From: an uncultured Gemmatimonadota bacterium
GTDB taxonomy: Bacteria > SM23-81 > DAOVCL01
Assembly: GCA_964626665.1 (NCBI GenBank)
Contig: CAZVGK010000003.1
Span: forward strand, 85,277 to 149,276
DNA length: 64,000 bases
Direction: 5' to 3'
Shown here piece by piece: positions 30,333-39,798 of the stretch. A program made the position numbers and the translations under genes. The notes under the pieces were generated by a model. That model saw only the letters and a program-made list of their open reading frames with translations. It made no database searches and was not told the DNA's origin. How positions within the stretch are numbered: position 1 is the stretch's first letter; every line of letters begins with the position of its first letter.

Positions 30333-31157
30333 TCATATAACGAAAAAACTCGCCTGTGTTGCGATATCTTTGATTAATGTCTTGGCTTTCACTCTACGAT
30401 GGGTAACAATAAATTCAAACATTTCAAAAAGGTCCTCTGTTATCTGTATAAGTCTTTCATTCGATGCGTAATTATGAGGTTGTCCATGTTTAAAAAGGTA
30501 TGTTCGCCCTCGGCAGGTCACTTTAAGATCCGATTCGTCTCTGGCAAAGTATACTCCATTATTATGTATGCAATTTCTAATAGCTGATAACATTTTAAGA
30601 GCTTCCCGAAAAATATGAGGATCAGGTAAGCTTAAATGCTGAAAAAGACTTAGCCAGACTCTGCTGAACTCCTTATTCGCTTTATTACCAGGATCAATTG
30701 CTCTTAATATCGAACGCATTGCAGACTCTACTACGCTGGAAAGCGAGAAGATAAATCCGCTCCGTATATACACTTCGAATTGTTTCCCTACTATACAAGC
30801 GTCTGATTTAGAAGCGGGAGACATAATTTTTTGTACCCAATTTATGTCTAATGCATAATGAGCAGCATAATACAGTGCAAGATCACACGATCTTATGAGA
30901 TTACAGAGCGCCCAAAATAAACGAATCCGGATATCCTGATTAGCATCCCAGGAATAGTTTTGTAGAAGTCTCTTGCTTTGATTTTCGATGGTGACCCGTA
31001 AAGCCTCAAAATCTTTCATGCATTTAAGAAGGTTTGTCGGCGTTGGCATGATCACAACGGTATTTCGGCTCCCTAATCCAGATATTGACGGGAAATTTGA
31101 GGAGGAACTTCTATTTTCATCTCCCTCTGTACCGGTTTTGAAATTGTCATTTCTCAT
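30333..31157 (-). CDS. Uncharacterised protein, translationally coupled partner of the NERD-like nuclease
   Basis: 274 aa with no confident domain. Low GC. A 1-nt gap to the upstream gene implies coupling. Has an AIRNCIHNNG (R-x3-H) motif, which is not the canonical HEPN Rx4-6H. Confidence 0.5.
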   Translation of the reverse strand: MRNDNFKTGTEGDENRSSSSNFPSISGLGSRNTVVIMPTPTNLLKCMKDFEALRVTIENQSKRLLQNYSWDANQDIRIRLFWALCNLIRSCDLALYYAAHYALDINWVQKIMSPASKSDACIVGKQFEVYIRSGFIFSLSSVVESAMRSILRAIDPGNKANKEFSRVWLSLFQHLSLPDPHIFREALKMLSAIRNCIHNNGVYFARDESDLKVTCRGRTYLFKHGQPHNYASNERLIQITEDLFEMFEFIVTHRRVKAKTLIKDIATQASFFVI

Positions 31158-31158
31158 T

Positions 31159-31980
31159 TTACTTTTCCACTCCCAAAATTATTGGGTTAGAATAGTCTAT
31201 TTCAATAGCTAAGCTTCGTAAGTATTCAATTAGCATACCTCGCTTACCTTCAGATCTTAGCCTGTCTTTAAAACTTTGATCGCTATGTCCTAAGATGATT
31301 TCTAAATAATCAATTAGAGTGGCATAGAAAACCAAAAAAGCAATATCATATTGTGATCTGTCCGCTTTCTTGAGAGAATAATATATATGCTCTGGAGACT
31401 TTCGTAGTAGTCTACTGCTTGAACCACTTTCAATTCCGAAGATAATGCTAAATTGCTTATTTCCGATACAATGGATGCCATCTAAGGCATATCCATTCTT
31501 TTCTGGTGGACATTGACGGATATACTTTTGCACAGTTTTTTCCAAAACTGAGCCGAAACAAAATAAATCACATTTACAAAGATTAGCTGGAGGAGAACTC
31601 GATGTATTGCCCACCATTTCTTTTATAGTTTTCATGCTATCGAGTGTCGAAAAAAATTCCTTTTTATTGAGCTTAGTTTTGACTTCAATTGCATATATTG
31701 CTGATTCTGGCCTAACAACAACAATGTCACCAAATTGAAACAGAGGAGCATAGCGAGATGCCTCATGAATGAGAATATCTATTTGAGGACTGACTGTATT
31801 TTTGTCAACATAAACAAACCCAGACGATACTGCGAAATGAGTAGGAACATAGTCTCTTAGAAAGTTACTAAGAAGCCTTTCTGCCCAAAGTCCTTTCGTG
31901 CCAGGATGTGTGATGAAGCTTTTAATCTGGTTTAACTGACTATTGAAGCTTTTGTCTACTTCTGCAAAATAGTCTTTCAT
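31159..31980 (-). CDS. NERD/Mrr-like PD-(D/E)xK nuclease-fold protein
   Basis: GTKGLWAERLLSNFLRDYVP...VSPQIDILIHE...AIYAIEVKTKL follows the NERD pattern (G..GE....L...y.v...eIDhvvi...gifviEvK), i.e. a D...E.K catalytic-core arrangement. Low GC. Confidence 0.5.
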   Translation of the reverse strand: MKDYFAEVDKSFNSQLNQIKSFITHPGTKGLWAERLLSNFLRDYVPTHFAVSSGFVYVDKNTVSPQIDILIHEASRYAPLFQFGDIVVVRPESAIYAIEVKTKLNKKEFFSTLDSMKTIKEMVGNTSSSPPANLCKCDLFCFGSVLEKTVQKYIRQCPPEKNGYALDGIHCIGNKQFSIIFGIESGSSSRLLRKSPEHIYYSLKKADRSQYDIAFLVFYATLIDYLEIILGHSDQSFKDRLRSEGKRGMLIEYLRSLAIEIDYSNPIILGVEK

Positions 31981-32307
31981 CTCTTACTTGTGTTAATGTT
32001 TGATGCCATAGCGCTGGTAGACAGATAGTGCTATTGCTTGAGAACTTACCAGATAACAAAATATACTGTAAGACCCGCTCCAATTACACACTACTTCTCT
32101 TCTCGGTATGGCTTTTGAGCGGGCGATATGGGGTCATATCTTTATTCTTGACTTTCCAAATTCTAATTACCAACTTAATTCCCTTTGTCAGTTGCCGGGT
32201 AATGCCTTTTAAACAGGGCTTTAGCCCTGTCCCTGCAATTCATTGACTATGTGAAGAGATCTCCTGACCTCGACTTCCATCGGCATCGGAAGATGCCTCC
32301 TACACTC

Positions 32308-32449
32308 TTCTACCCGGCTTTAGCCGGGGTTGAGAGGGCTTTAGCCCGTTTGGAGTGCTGTGATTCCTGTCACAGCTTCCGTCAGCAGGAGTTGACGCAC
32401 TCCATAGAGGGCCTAAAGACCCTTAACCCGCACTGAAGTGCGGTAGAAG
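32308..32449. mobile_element. REPIN/MITE-like element, copy 1
   Basis: Terminal hairpin modules ttctacc-CGGCtttaGCCGG and CGCACTgaAGTGCG-gtagaa (CTAC/GTAG-flanked). Core three-way junction ggagtgc[ctgtga..tcacag][gtcagc..gttgac]gcactcc. Other copies at 34859-34954 (truncated), 49567-49693 (inverted), 59487-59662, 62455-62580 (inverted) and a fragment at 60743-60800. Confidence 0.65.
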
Positions 32450-32903
32450 TCTTCTACTCAAGGAAACCTGAAAAGGTTTGAAAAAAAAGACCTTGCAAAA
32501 TTGTAGGCCAGAGATCAGTTTACAGGGATCGAAGGTCAGGAGAAATCCGTTACACCTATCAACCGACACCTGACGAATGACTGACTACTGATCCCTGACC
32601 CCTGTGAACCGTTAGCTTAATTCAAAAATACCATGAAAAAAGGCCCTGTCAAGGGGAAACTTCCCCCCTGCTACAGGGTCTTTCTGTGTTGTCAGGGCTT
32701 TGCCCTGACAGAGGAAGTCTTCTCGTGGATGATAACATCCACAAAGAGCACTGGGGTTGTTTTTCGACAGGATAACAGGATTTACAGGATTTTAGTTTTA
32801 TCCCGATCATTCTGTCAATCCCGTCTAATAAAAGGGAATTCTCCCTGCTTCTCAGTGCCGTCATGGCAGGACTCCTGAGGGATGGAAAATAGAAATTCCT
32901 GAG

Positions 32904-32927
32904 CCGTCAGATGCCCTCATCTGACGG
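32904..32927. repeat. Palindromic hairpin family cggtcagatgccctcatctgacgg
   Basis: Copies at 32904-32927, 54109-54133, 59749-59768 (truncated) and variant 59785-59809. The 54040-54135 and 59695-59770 copies share a longer ~90-nt context. Confidence 0.7.
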
Positions 32928-33123
32928 GGTTTTAGTAGCAGGAGAGGGATTTTGCCACCCCATGTTAGCGGCACATTTGAATTGGGGGACCTGTCTGCGT
33001 GCCTGCCTGAGCGAGAACGCTCGCAGTCAGGCCTGCCTGTACCAGTCTGCCTGTGCGTCGCACGCAGACAGGCACGGCAGACAGACACCGCACAAGCAGG
33101 GAGGTCTCCAGACCTTTCAAGAG

Positions 33124-33147
33124 CTGTCAGGAGGTAACTCCTGACAG
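33124..33147. repeat. Palindromic hairpin family gtcaggaggtaactcctgac
   Basis: Copies at 18610-18637 (imperfect), 18685-18708, 33124-33147 and 41463-41486. Confidence 0.7.
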
Positions 33148-33185
33148 CACGCTTTTAGTGCCCTTCCCTGACGGCGAGAGGGGAG

Positions 33186-33210
33186 GGTGGCAGAATCGGG
33201 GTTCTGCCAC
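33186..33210. repeat. Palindromic hairpin family ggtggcagaatcggggttctgccacc
   Basis: Copies at 33186-33210, 34815-34840, 54175-54204; variants ccgtcagaaccccgattctgacgg at 56203-56230 and 62785-62808. Confidence 0.7.
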
Positions 33211-33270
33211 ATCGGGCTTAATTTATCCTGTCAATCCAGTAAATCCTGTCCGAAAAGCAGTTGTCAGTAG

Positions 33271-34584
33271 TCAGTTATCGGGAACGACTCCCGACCCCTG
33301 CAAATAGGTAGCTATTGCCTGGGCGGCCTTTTTGCCTTCGGCCACCGATTGGACAACGGTTCTCCCCTTTTTTGACACGATTATATCCCCCCCAGCAAAG
33401 ACTCCTTCCCTTGAGGTCATCATATCCTCATTTACCACCAAGTATCCTTTAGCTGTCTTTAATCCCTTAAACAGCGGACTCTCCTCCGGTGCCTGACCCA
33501 CTGCTTCAATTATTGTATCTCCGATTAAAGTTAAACTGCTCCCCTTGATTTTAACTGCATTCTCCGGAACAAACCTTCCCGGAATTCTCCAATCGATTTT
33601 AATTGCCTCCAGCCCTTTAACCCTTCCATTATTGCCCATAATTCTTAAGGGCATAAACCTGGGATGGATATTTACTCCCTCATTCTCCGCCTGGCTTATC
33701 TCCTCCCTGAAGGCCGGCAGTTCATCTGGCCCTTCCAGACAGACCAGGTCCACATGTTTGACCCCTACCCTTAATGCGGAGCAGGCACAATCAATTGCCA
33801 CACTCCCGCCACCGATCACAATTGCCCTTTCACCCACCCTTACCCTCTGAGGATCCTCATTGACCTCTCTCAGGAATTCTATTGCAGACAGAACCCACTT
33901 TAGCTCCTCACCTGGAATCCGACAGAACAACGGTTTCCCCAATCCCACGCCAATAAATATGGCCTTAAACCCCGAACTGAATAGATTATCCAGGCTACCA
34001 ATCGCTCTATTTCCTTTAACTTTCAGTCCCAATTTTTTGACATAGTCGATTTCTTGCTTGACCATCCTCTTAGAGAGTCGATAGGAGGGGATTCCATAGG
34101 TGAGAACTCCACCTAACTTGTCCCTTTTCTCAAAGATCGTCACCTCAAATCCTTGAACTGCCAGTTCGGCGGCACAGGAGAGACCGGCCGGTCCCGCACC
34201 GATTACGGCCACGTTCACCCTGTTTTTCTTGATCTGAGGAAACGATTTAAACTTCGCTGTATATTCCCTCTCTGCCGCGAATCTTTGCAAGTCCCCAATC
34301 CTAATTGGGGTAGAAAGCTTCGTGGATGAGCATTCCTTCTCGCACAAAGCCTCTACAGGGCAGACAGTTCCGCAGACCCCGGCCAAGATGTTCTTCTCCT
34401 TGATCAGGTTTATGGCTCGCCGGTAATTTTCAAATCTGATTGCCCTGATGAACTTCTTTACATCAATACCTGCTGGACAACCTCGGTTACAAGGGGCATC
34501 CTCGCATAGTAAACACCGAGATGCCTCCAGCACGGCCTGAGCCTCGGTCATCGGCTCTTTCGTTTCCTTAAAGCTTAACTTCAT
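33271..34584 (-). CDS. preT: GltD-like NAD(P)H-dependent oxidoreductase (dihydropyrimidine dehydrogenase PreT-like subunit)
   Basis: N-terminal 2x Cys clusters (CLLCEDAPCNRGCP; CGTVCPVEALCEKEC); FAD/NAD Rossmann motifs VAVIGAGPAGL and IVIGGGSVAIDCA. Confidence 0.7.
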   Translation of the reverse strand: MKLSFKETKEPMTEAQAVLEASRCLLCEDAPCNRGCPAGIDVKKFIRAIRFENYRRAINLIKEKNILAGVCGTVCPVEALCEKECSSTKLSTPIRIGDLQRFAAEREYTAKFKSFPQIKKNRVNVAVIGAGPAGLSCAAELAVQGFEVTIFEKRDKLGGVLTYGIPSYRLSKRMVKQEIDYVKKLGLKVKGNRAIGSLDNLFSSGFKAIFIGVGLGKPLFCRIPGEELKWVLSAIEFLREVNEDPQRVRVGERAIVIGGGSVAIDCACSALRVGVKHVDLVCLEGPDELPAFREEISQAENEGVNIHPRFMPLRIMGNNGRVKGLEAIKIDWRIPGRFVPENAVKIKGSSLTLIGDTIIEAVGQAPEESPLFKGLKTAKGYLVVNEDMMTSREGVFAGGDIIVSKKGRTVVQSVAEGKKAAQAIATYLQGSGVVPDN

Positions 34585-35077
34585 AATTATCTCAAATTAC
34601 CACGGAATTTCACGGAGAAAAGCAATTATGAATTGAGAATGAAGAATGAAGAATGAAGCTTATGCTGTTATTCCTGATCCCCGTAGTTTGATCCCTAACC
34701 TCTGTTTTTTCGTGGTAATCCGTGGTGATCAGTGGTAAAATATCAGCTACAGATTACACGGAAAAATGCAATTAAGAATTGAGAATTAAGAATGAGGCTT
34801 ATGCTGATCAGCGAGGTGGCAGAATCCCGATTCTGCCACCCTCCCATTGTTTTCTGATTTTCTACCCGGTTTTAGCCGGGGGTTCTTAGGGCTTAAGCCC
34901 TTTCAACGCACTTGGATAGAAAGGCCCCAACCCTGCACTAAAGTGCGGTAGAAACCTTCCACCCAGCTTTAGCTGAGCTATCAAATCCTCGATCTGACAG
35001 CAGATATCCTGATCCCTGTAAACTGTTACCTCTATTTTGACATTCATCCTGTCAATCCAGTTAATCCTGTCTAATAA

Positions 35078-36805
35078 TTATTCTTTCTCAAAAAGTGGGA
35101 CGAGCTGGAACTTTACCACATCTATTATCCCCTTGTCGCTTACTCTAATCTCCGGAATTACGGGCAAAGCAAGGAAGGAGAGGACCATAAATGGCTCCTT
35201 TACCGTAGCACCCAATCCCTGGCAGGCCAAATTCAAGGCCTGTATTTTGGCTTCAACTTCCTCCAGTTTCTTCCCCGTCATCAAACCGGCAATGGGAAGG
35301 GGCAATTCTTCAATGACCTGGCCACCTTCCACCACAACCAATCCACCCTGTAGTTTTACGATCTTTACCGCCGCGGTATACATATCATCATCATTGGTCC
35401 CCACAACAACTATATTGTGTGAGTCATGAGCGATTGATGAGGCAATGGCCCCCCTCTTTAATCCTATCCCCTGGACAAACCCCAAACCAGTGTGGCCAGA
35501 GGCCAAATGCCTCTCAATGACAGCCACTTTCAAGATGTCCCTCCCTGGATCAGAAAGGGCCTCTCCACCCTCTATTTTCACCTCCTCTATGCGTTTTCTC
35601 GTAATTAGCTGATCAGGGACGATTTGAATCACCTTAGCGCGTTGTCCCTTGGCCACAACCTTGAAATGTTCCTTCTCTATCCAGGCCGTATTCACCGTGC
35701 TCCTCAAGGGGACAAAGACCGGCTTGATCATTCCGGGCAACATTTGGCCATCAGAGGCCACAAGTTGACCATCTTTGTAAACGGAGATTATATTGAAATC
35801 CCGAAAGTTGTCAAAGACAACCAGATCTGCCTTATATCCAGGGGCAATAGCACCTAAGTCTTTGAGTTTAAAGTATTCTGCACCATTTAGGGTGGCCATC
35901 TGGATGGCGGTTAGCGGATCTGTCCCCGATTCGATGGCTGTTTTGACCATATAATTGATGTGCCCCTCTCGAAGGAGATCATAGGGATGCCGATCATCGG
36001 TGACAAAGAAACACTTACGCGATGTATTCCTTCCTTTGGACTTCACCAAAGGGAGAAGGGTCTTTAGGTTCTTGGCCGTGGTTCCTTCCCTAATCATCAC
36101 ATACATCCCATCCCTCAGCTTTTCCCTGGCCTCCTCTAAGGTAGTTGACTCATGGTCGGATTTAATCCCGGCGGCGATGTAGGCATTTAGCTCCTTACCC
36201 GTCAACCGGGGGGCATGACCGTCGATAAGCTTATCCCCGGCAGCCTTAATCTTCTCCAAAACCTCCGCTGTTCTATGGATAACCCCAGGGTAATTCATCA
36301 TCTCGCCCAGCCCCAGGATCCGCTTATTGTCGAGAAGAAGCTTAAGGTCAAAGGCAGAGAGCCTGGCCCCAGAGGTTTCCATCTCGGTAGCAGGCACACA
36401 GGAGGAGAGCATAAGGAAGACATTAAGGGGAAGGTTGCTGCTTGTCTCCAGCATATACTTTATCCCTTCCAAACCAAGGACATTGGCAATCTCATGGGGA
36501 TCAATGATTACGGTAGTTGTACCCAAAGGGACAACAGCCCGGGCATACTCCGGGGGGGGGACCATCGCGCTTTCTATATGCACATGGCCATCGAGCAGGC
36601 CGGGGGCAAGGTATTTCCCTCGCAGATCGACCACCCTTTTTGCCTTGTAGTTGCCAATTCCAGCAATCCTCCCTTTGTAGAGGGCTACATTACCCTCATA
36701 GATCTCCTCGGCAAATACATTGACAACCTTCGCATTTTTTAACAAGAGGTCACAGGGCCTCTCCCCCCCTGCAGCCTCGATCATCTCCTCAAGCTTAGGA
36801 TTCAT
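35078..36805 (-). CDS. ade: Adenine deaminase
   Basis: Amidohydrolase fold with LLDGHVHIES metal-binding motif and the adenine deaminase C-terminal domain. The likely start MNPKLEEMIEAAGG overlaps the upstream stop (ATGA). Confidence 0.75.
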   Translation of the reverse strand: MNPKLEEMIEAAGGERPCDLLLKNAKVVNVFAEEIYEGNVALYKGRIAGIGNYKAKRVVDLRGKYLAPGLLDGHVHIESAMVPPPEYARAVVPLGTTTVIIDPHEIANVLGLEGIKYMLETSSNLPLNVFLMLSSCVPATEMETSGARLSAFDLKLLLDNKRILGLGEMMNYPGVIHRTAEVLEKIKAAGDKLIDGHAPRLTGKELNAYIAAGIKSDHESTTLEEAREKLRDGMYVMIREGTTAKNLKTLLPLVKSKGRNTSRKCFFVTDDRHPYDLLREGHINYMVKTAIESGTDPLTAIQMATLNGAEYFKLKDLGAIAPGYKADLVVFDNFRDFNIISVYKDGQLVASDGQMLPGMIKPVFVPLRSTVNTAWIEKEHFKVVAKGQRAKVIQIVPDQLITRKRIEEVKIEGGEALSDPGRDILKVAVIERHLASGHTGLGFVQGIGLKRGAIASSIAHDSHNIVVVGTNDDDMYTAAVKIVKLQGGLVVVEGGQVIEELPLPIAGLMTGKKLEEVEAKIQALNLACQGLGATVKEPFMVLSFLALPVIPEIRVSDKGIIDVVKFQLVPLFEKE

Positions 36806-39105
36806 AGTCTCCTTTTCTCCCTTCTCTGGTTTATTGCCTGGAGAACCTTTGCTGGGGTAAAAGGTGTCTTCCGCATCCTCACCCCGATAGCATCCCAAAT
36901 AGCATTAGCTATTGCCGGACAGGGGCCATTTATGTTTACCTCCCCCACGCTCTTTGCGCCAAAAGGCCCTGACGGTTCATAGGAGGGGATCAAGTTAACC
37001 TTTATCTCCGGGATATCCATCGCCGAAAAAATCTTATAATCCCGAAAGGACCCGTTCATCATCTTGCCATTTTTATCAAAGATAAACTCCTCGGTAAGGG
37101 CATAGCTAATACCGTTTATAATCGACCCCTCCACCTGTCCCTCGGCAAGTTTGGGGTTAATTACGGTGCCACAATCGACGCCGGCCACATATCTCTCCAC
37201 CTTTATCTTCCCGGTCCCTTTATCTATGAGGATCTCCACAAAATGGGCAGCAAATGGAGGTGGTGACTGAGGAGAGATGTGAGACATAGAACCAATTATC
37301 TGGTGTTGCTCCCTCTCATAGAGGGAATGGTAAGCTATCTCCTGATAGGAGACCGATCTCCCCGTTCTCTTGCTCATCACCTGGGCAACTTGGACAATGA
37401 GGTTTTCCTTTACCTCATTTAACATTTCTCCTCCGATGCGCATGATCTCTTTGAGAACCTTTTGGGCTGTTTTGAGAACTGCCCCCCCGGAAATGTAGGT
37501 TGTGGAGGAGGCATAGGCCCCCACATCAAAGGGGGTGAAATCCGTATCCGATGAATAAACGATAATCTTCCCGGTGGGCACCTTCAGGGCTTCCGCGGCG
37601 ATCTGGGCAAGGATGGTATCCGACCCTGTTCCCAAATCGGTTGCCCCCACAAGGAGGTTGAAGGAACCATCCTCGTTTAACTTGATCAACGCTGCCCCCA
37701 TATCCACATTGGGGATTCCGGAACCCTGCATCATAATGGCCGAGCCATATCCCCTTTTTAGCTTTCCCTCTTCCTTTGGCTTTTTCCTCCATTCAATGAG
37801 CTTAAAACCCTCCTCTATACATTGGGGAAGTTTGCAAGAGCCAATTACCTGTGAAACCCCCTTCTTCCCTTCACCTAAAACCTCAAATAGCGGCGATGTC
37901 TCCCCCTCCTTTATGTGGACCTTTTTCCTCAACTCTACTGGTTCCATCCCTATCTTTTCCGCTAGTTCGTCGAGCATAGACTCGGTGGCAAAGTAACCCT
38001 GGGTGGCCCCATATCCCCGATAGGCACCGGCAACTGGCAGGTTGGTATAGACCACCTTCCCTTGAAACCGCACATTAGGGCAACGATAGAGGGGCAAAAC
38101 CTTGCTTCCCGTGTTATACATCACGGTAGTGGCGTGCGAGCCATAGGCCCCGGTGTTGGAGAGAATGCGCATATCCAATGCGGTGAGGGTCCCATCCCTC
38201 TTCACCCCAGCTTTAAGCAAGGTGATGATGGGATGCCTCGTCCTGGAGATAAACTCCTCCTCCCTGCTCAGTTCGATTTTGGCCGGTCTACCTGTCTGTA
38301 AGGTAACCCAACCAGCCACATAGTCGAGGTAAACCTCCTGCTTGGTGCCGAAGCCTCCCCCTATTCTGGGCTTGATTACCCTTATTTTCTGAATGGGAAT
38401 TCCCAAGACATTTGCGCATATCCTCCTGGTATGGAAGGGAACTTGGGTGGAGGATCTAATCACCAACCGCCCATTCTCGTCCAGCCAGGTGATGACGATA
38501 TGTGGTTCAATTGGGGTATGTTGGGCATAATGAACCTCATATCTATTTTCAAGGACAGCATCTGCCTCCTGAAAACCCTTATTTAGGTCTCCGACCTCTA
38601 CCTCCACCTCTCCGACAAGGTTGCGTTGCGGATCGAGGATACCCTGAGAATCCTCCTCGTCGTGAATGACCGGCGCCCCCTCCCTTAATGCCTCCTCGGG
38701 GTTGAACACAGGGGGGAGGGGATCGTATTCCACCCTAATTTTCCCGATGGCCTCAGAGGCCGTCTCCGGGGAGTCGGCAGCCACGCAGGCCACCCTATCA
38801 CCCACAAACCTTACTTTTCTGTCAAACATTACGCTATCATAAGGTGAGGGCTCAGGATACCCCTGTCCCGCAGTGGTATGGGGAACCCGAGGGACATTTT
38901 TATAGGAGAGAATAAGGGCAACCCCAGCCATCTTCTCTGCCTCTCTGGTATCAATACCCTTGATTATGGCGTGAGGATGAGGGCTCCTCAGAAATTTGAT
39001 AAAGAGCATACCCTTAAGGTCTATATCATCGGCAAATACCGGATTGCCCTTAACTAAGGCATATCCGTCGACCCGGTGGACATTTTTACCCACTTCCTTA
39101 AACAT
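36802..39105 (-). CDS. Molybdopterin-dependent hydroxylase large subunit (xanthine dehydrogenase/CoxL family), system 1
   Basis: 767-aa product with the Ald_Xan_dh_C/C2 architecture (GGGFG, Mo-binding region). Confidence 0.85.
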   Translation of the reverse strand: MFKEVGKNVHRVDGYALVKGNPVFADDIDLKGMLFIKFLRSPHPHAIIKGIDTREAEKMAGVALILSYKNVPRVPHTTAGQGYPEPSPYDSVMFDRKVRFVGDRVACVAADSPETASEAIGKIRVEYDPLPPVFNPEEALREGAPVIHDEEDSQGILDPQRNLVGEVEVEVGDLNKGFQEADAVLENRYEVHYAQHTPIEPHIVITWLDENGRLVIRSSTQVPFHTRRICANVLGIPIQKIRVIKPRIGGGFGTKQEVYLDYVAGWVTLQTGRPAKIELSREEEFISRTRHPIITLLKAGVKRDGTLTALDMRILSNTGAYGSHATTVMYNTGSKVLPLYRCPNVRFQGKVVYTNLPVAGAYRGYGATQGYFATESMLDELAEKIGMEPVELRKKVHIKEGETSPLFEVLGEGKKGVSQVIGSCKLPQCIEEGFKLIEWRKKPKEEGKLKRGYGSAIMMQGSGIPNVDMGAALIKLNEDGSFNLLVGATDLGTGSDTILAQIAAEALKVPTGKIIVYSSDTDFTPFDVGAYASSTTYISGGAVLKTAQKVLKEIMRIGGEMLNEVKENLIVQVAQVMSKRTGRSVSYQEIAYHSLYEREQHQIIGSMSHISPQSPPPFAAHFVEILIDKGTGKIKVERYVAGVDCGTVINPKLAEGQVEGSIINGISYALTEEFIFDKNGKMMNGSFRDYKIFSAMDIPEIKVNLIPSYEPSGPFGAKSVGEVNINGPCPAIANAIWDAIGVRMRKTPFTPAKVLQAINQRREKRRL

Positions 39106-39565
39106 CTTCGTTAAGGATCTCCCCTGCCTTTTTTATTGCCTTGATAATCTTGACATACCCGGTGCACCTACAGAGGTTGCCGGAGATGGCCTCTTTTATC
39201 TCCTCCTCTGTGGGATGTGGGTTTTCCCTGAGGAGGGCCTGAGCTGCCAGGATCATCCCCGGGGTGCAGAACCCACATTGCACAGCGCCCTCATCAAGAA
39301 ATGCCTGCTGAATCGGGTGAAGCTCATCCCAGTTGGTCATCCCTTCCAGGGTTTCGATGCTATGACCGGCAGCCTGAGGGGCAAACAGGAGACAGGATTT
39401 GGCCAATTTCCCATCCAAGATCACCGAGCAGGCCCCGCATTCACCCGTCTCACACCCTCTTTTTACGCTCTTATACCCCTCCCTTCTCAATAGGTTAAGG
39501 AGAATCTCACCGGGAGAGGTGTTTAATCTCTTCAAAACTCCATTTATGGTTAGTTCGATTTGCAT
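39098..39565 (-). CDS. [2Fe-2S]-binding small subunit (CoxS/XdhC-type), system 1
   Basis: CETGECGACSV and CGFCTPG...CRCTGY motifs. Confidence 0.9.
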   Translation of the reverse strand: MQIELTINGVLKRLNTSPGEILLNLLRREGYKSVKRGCETGECGACSVILDGKLAKSCLLFAPQAAGHSIETLEGMTNWDELHPIQQAFLDEGAVQCGFCTPGMILAAQALLRENPHPTEEEIKEAISGNLCRCTGYVKIIKAIKKAGEILNEDV

Positions 39566-39576
39566 AGGTCTATAGC

Positions 39577-39798
39577 CACGGATTGCACGGATTCACCGAA
39601 TCTTTGGAACACGAATAAACAAATCTACACGAATAAATGATCTACCACGGAAATTCACGGAAAAAAGCAATTATGAATTGAGAATTAAAAATTAAAAATA
39701 AGTATGCTGACTATTCCTGAGCCCCGGAAACTGACTCCCGATCTCTGAAAAACTGATCCCTGTTTTTCCCTGCATAGTCCGTGGTTATCCGTGGTGAA
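39577..39798. repeat. cacgg-rich composite repeat, copy c, lying between the M and S subunit genes
   Basis: Same family as 25648-25865. Its terminal segment encodes the last residues (IIHHG-stop) of the FAD subunit gene. Confidence 0.65.

Noticed and set aside
27328-30377. Antisense and off-frame ORFs inside the giant T9SS gene (27328..27558, 28162..28374, 28385..28667, 29549..29872, 29862..30377)
   Set aside because: Shadow ORFs on the opposite strand of a confidently coding 3.7-kb gene.
36215-36742. 175-aa plus-strand ORF and 36327..36650
   Set aside because: Antisense to the adenine deaminase gene. Shadow ORFs in GC-rich coding sequence.
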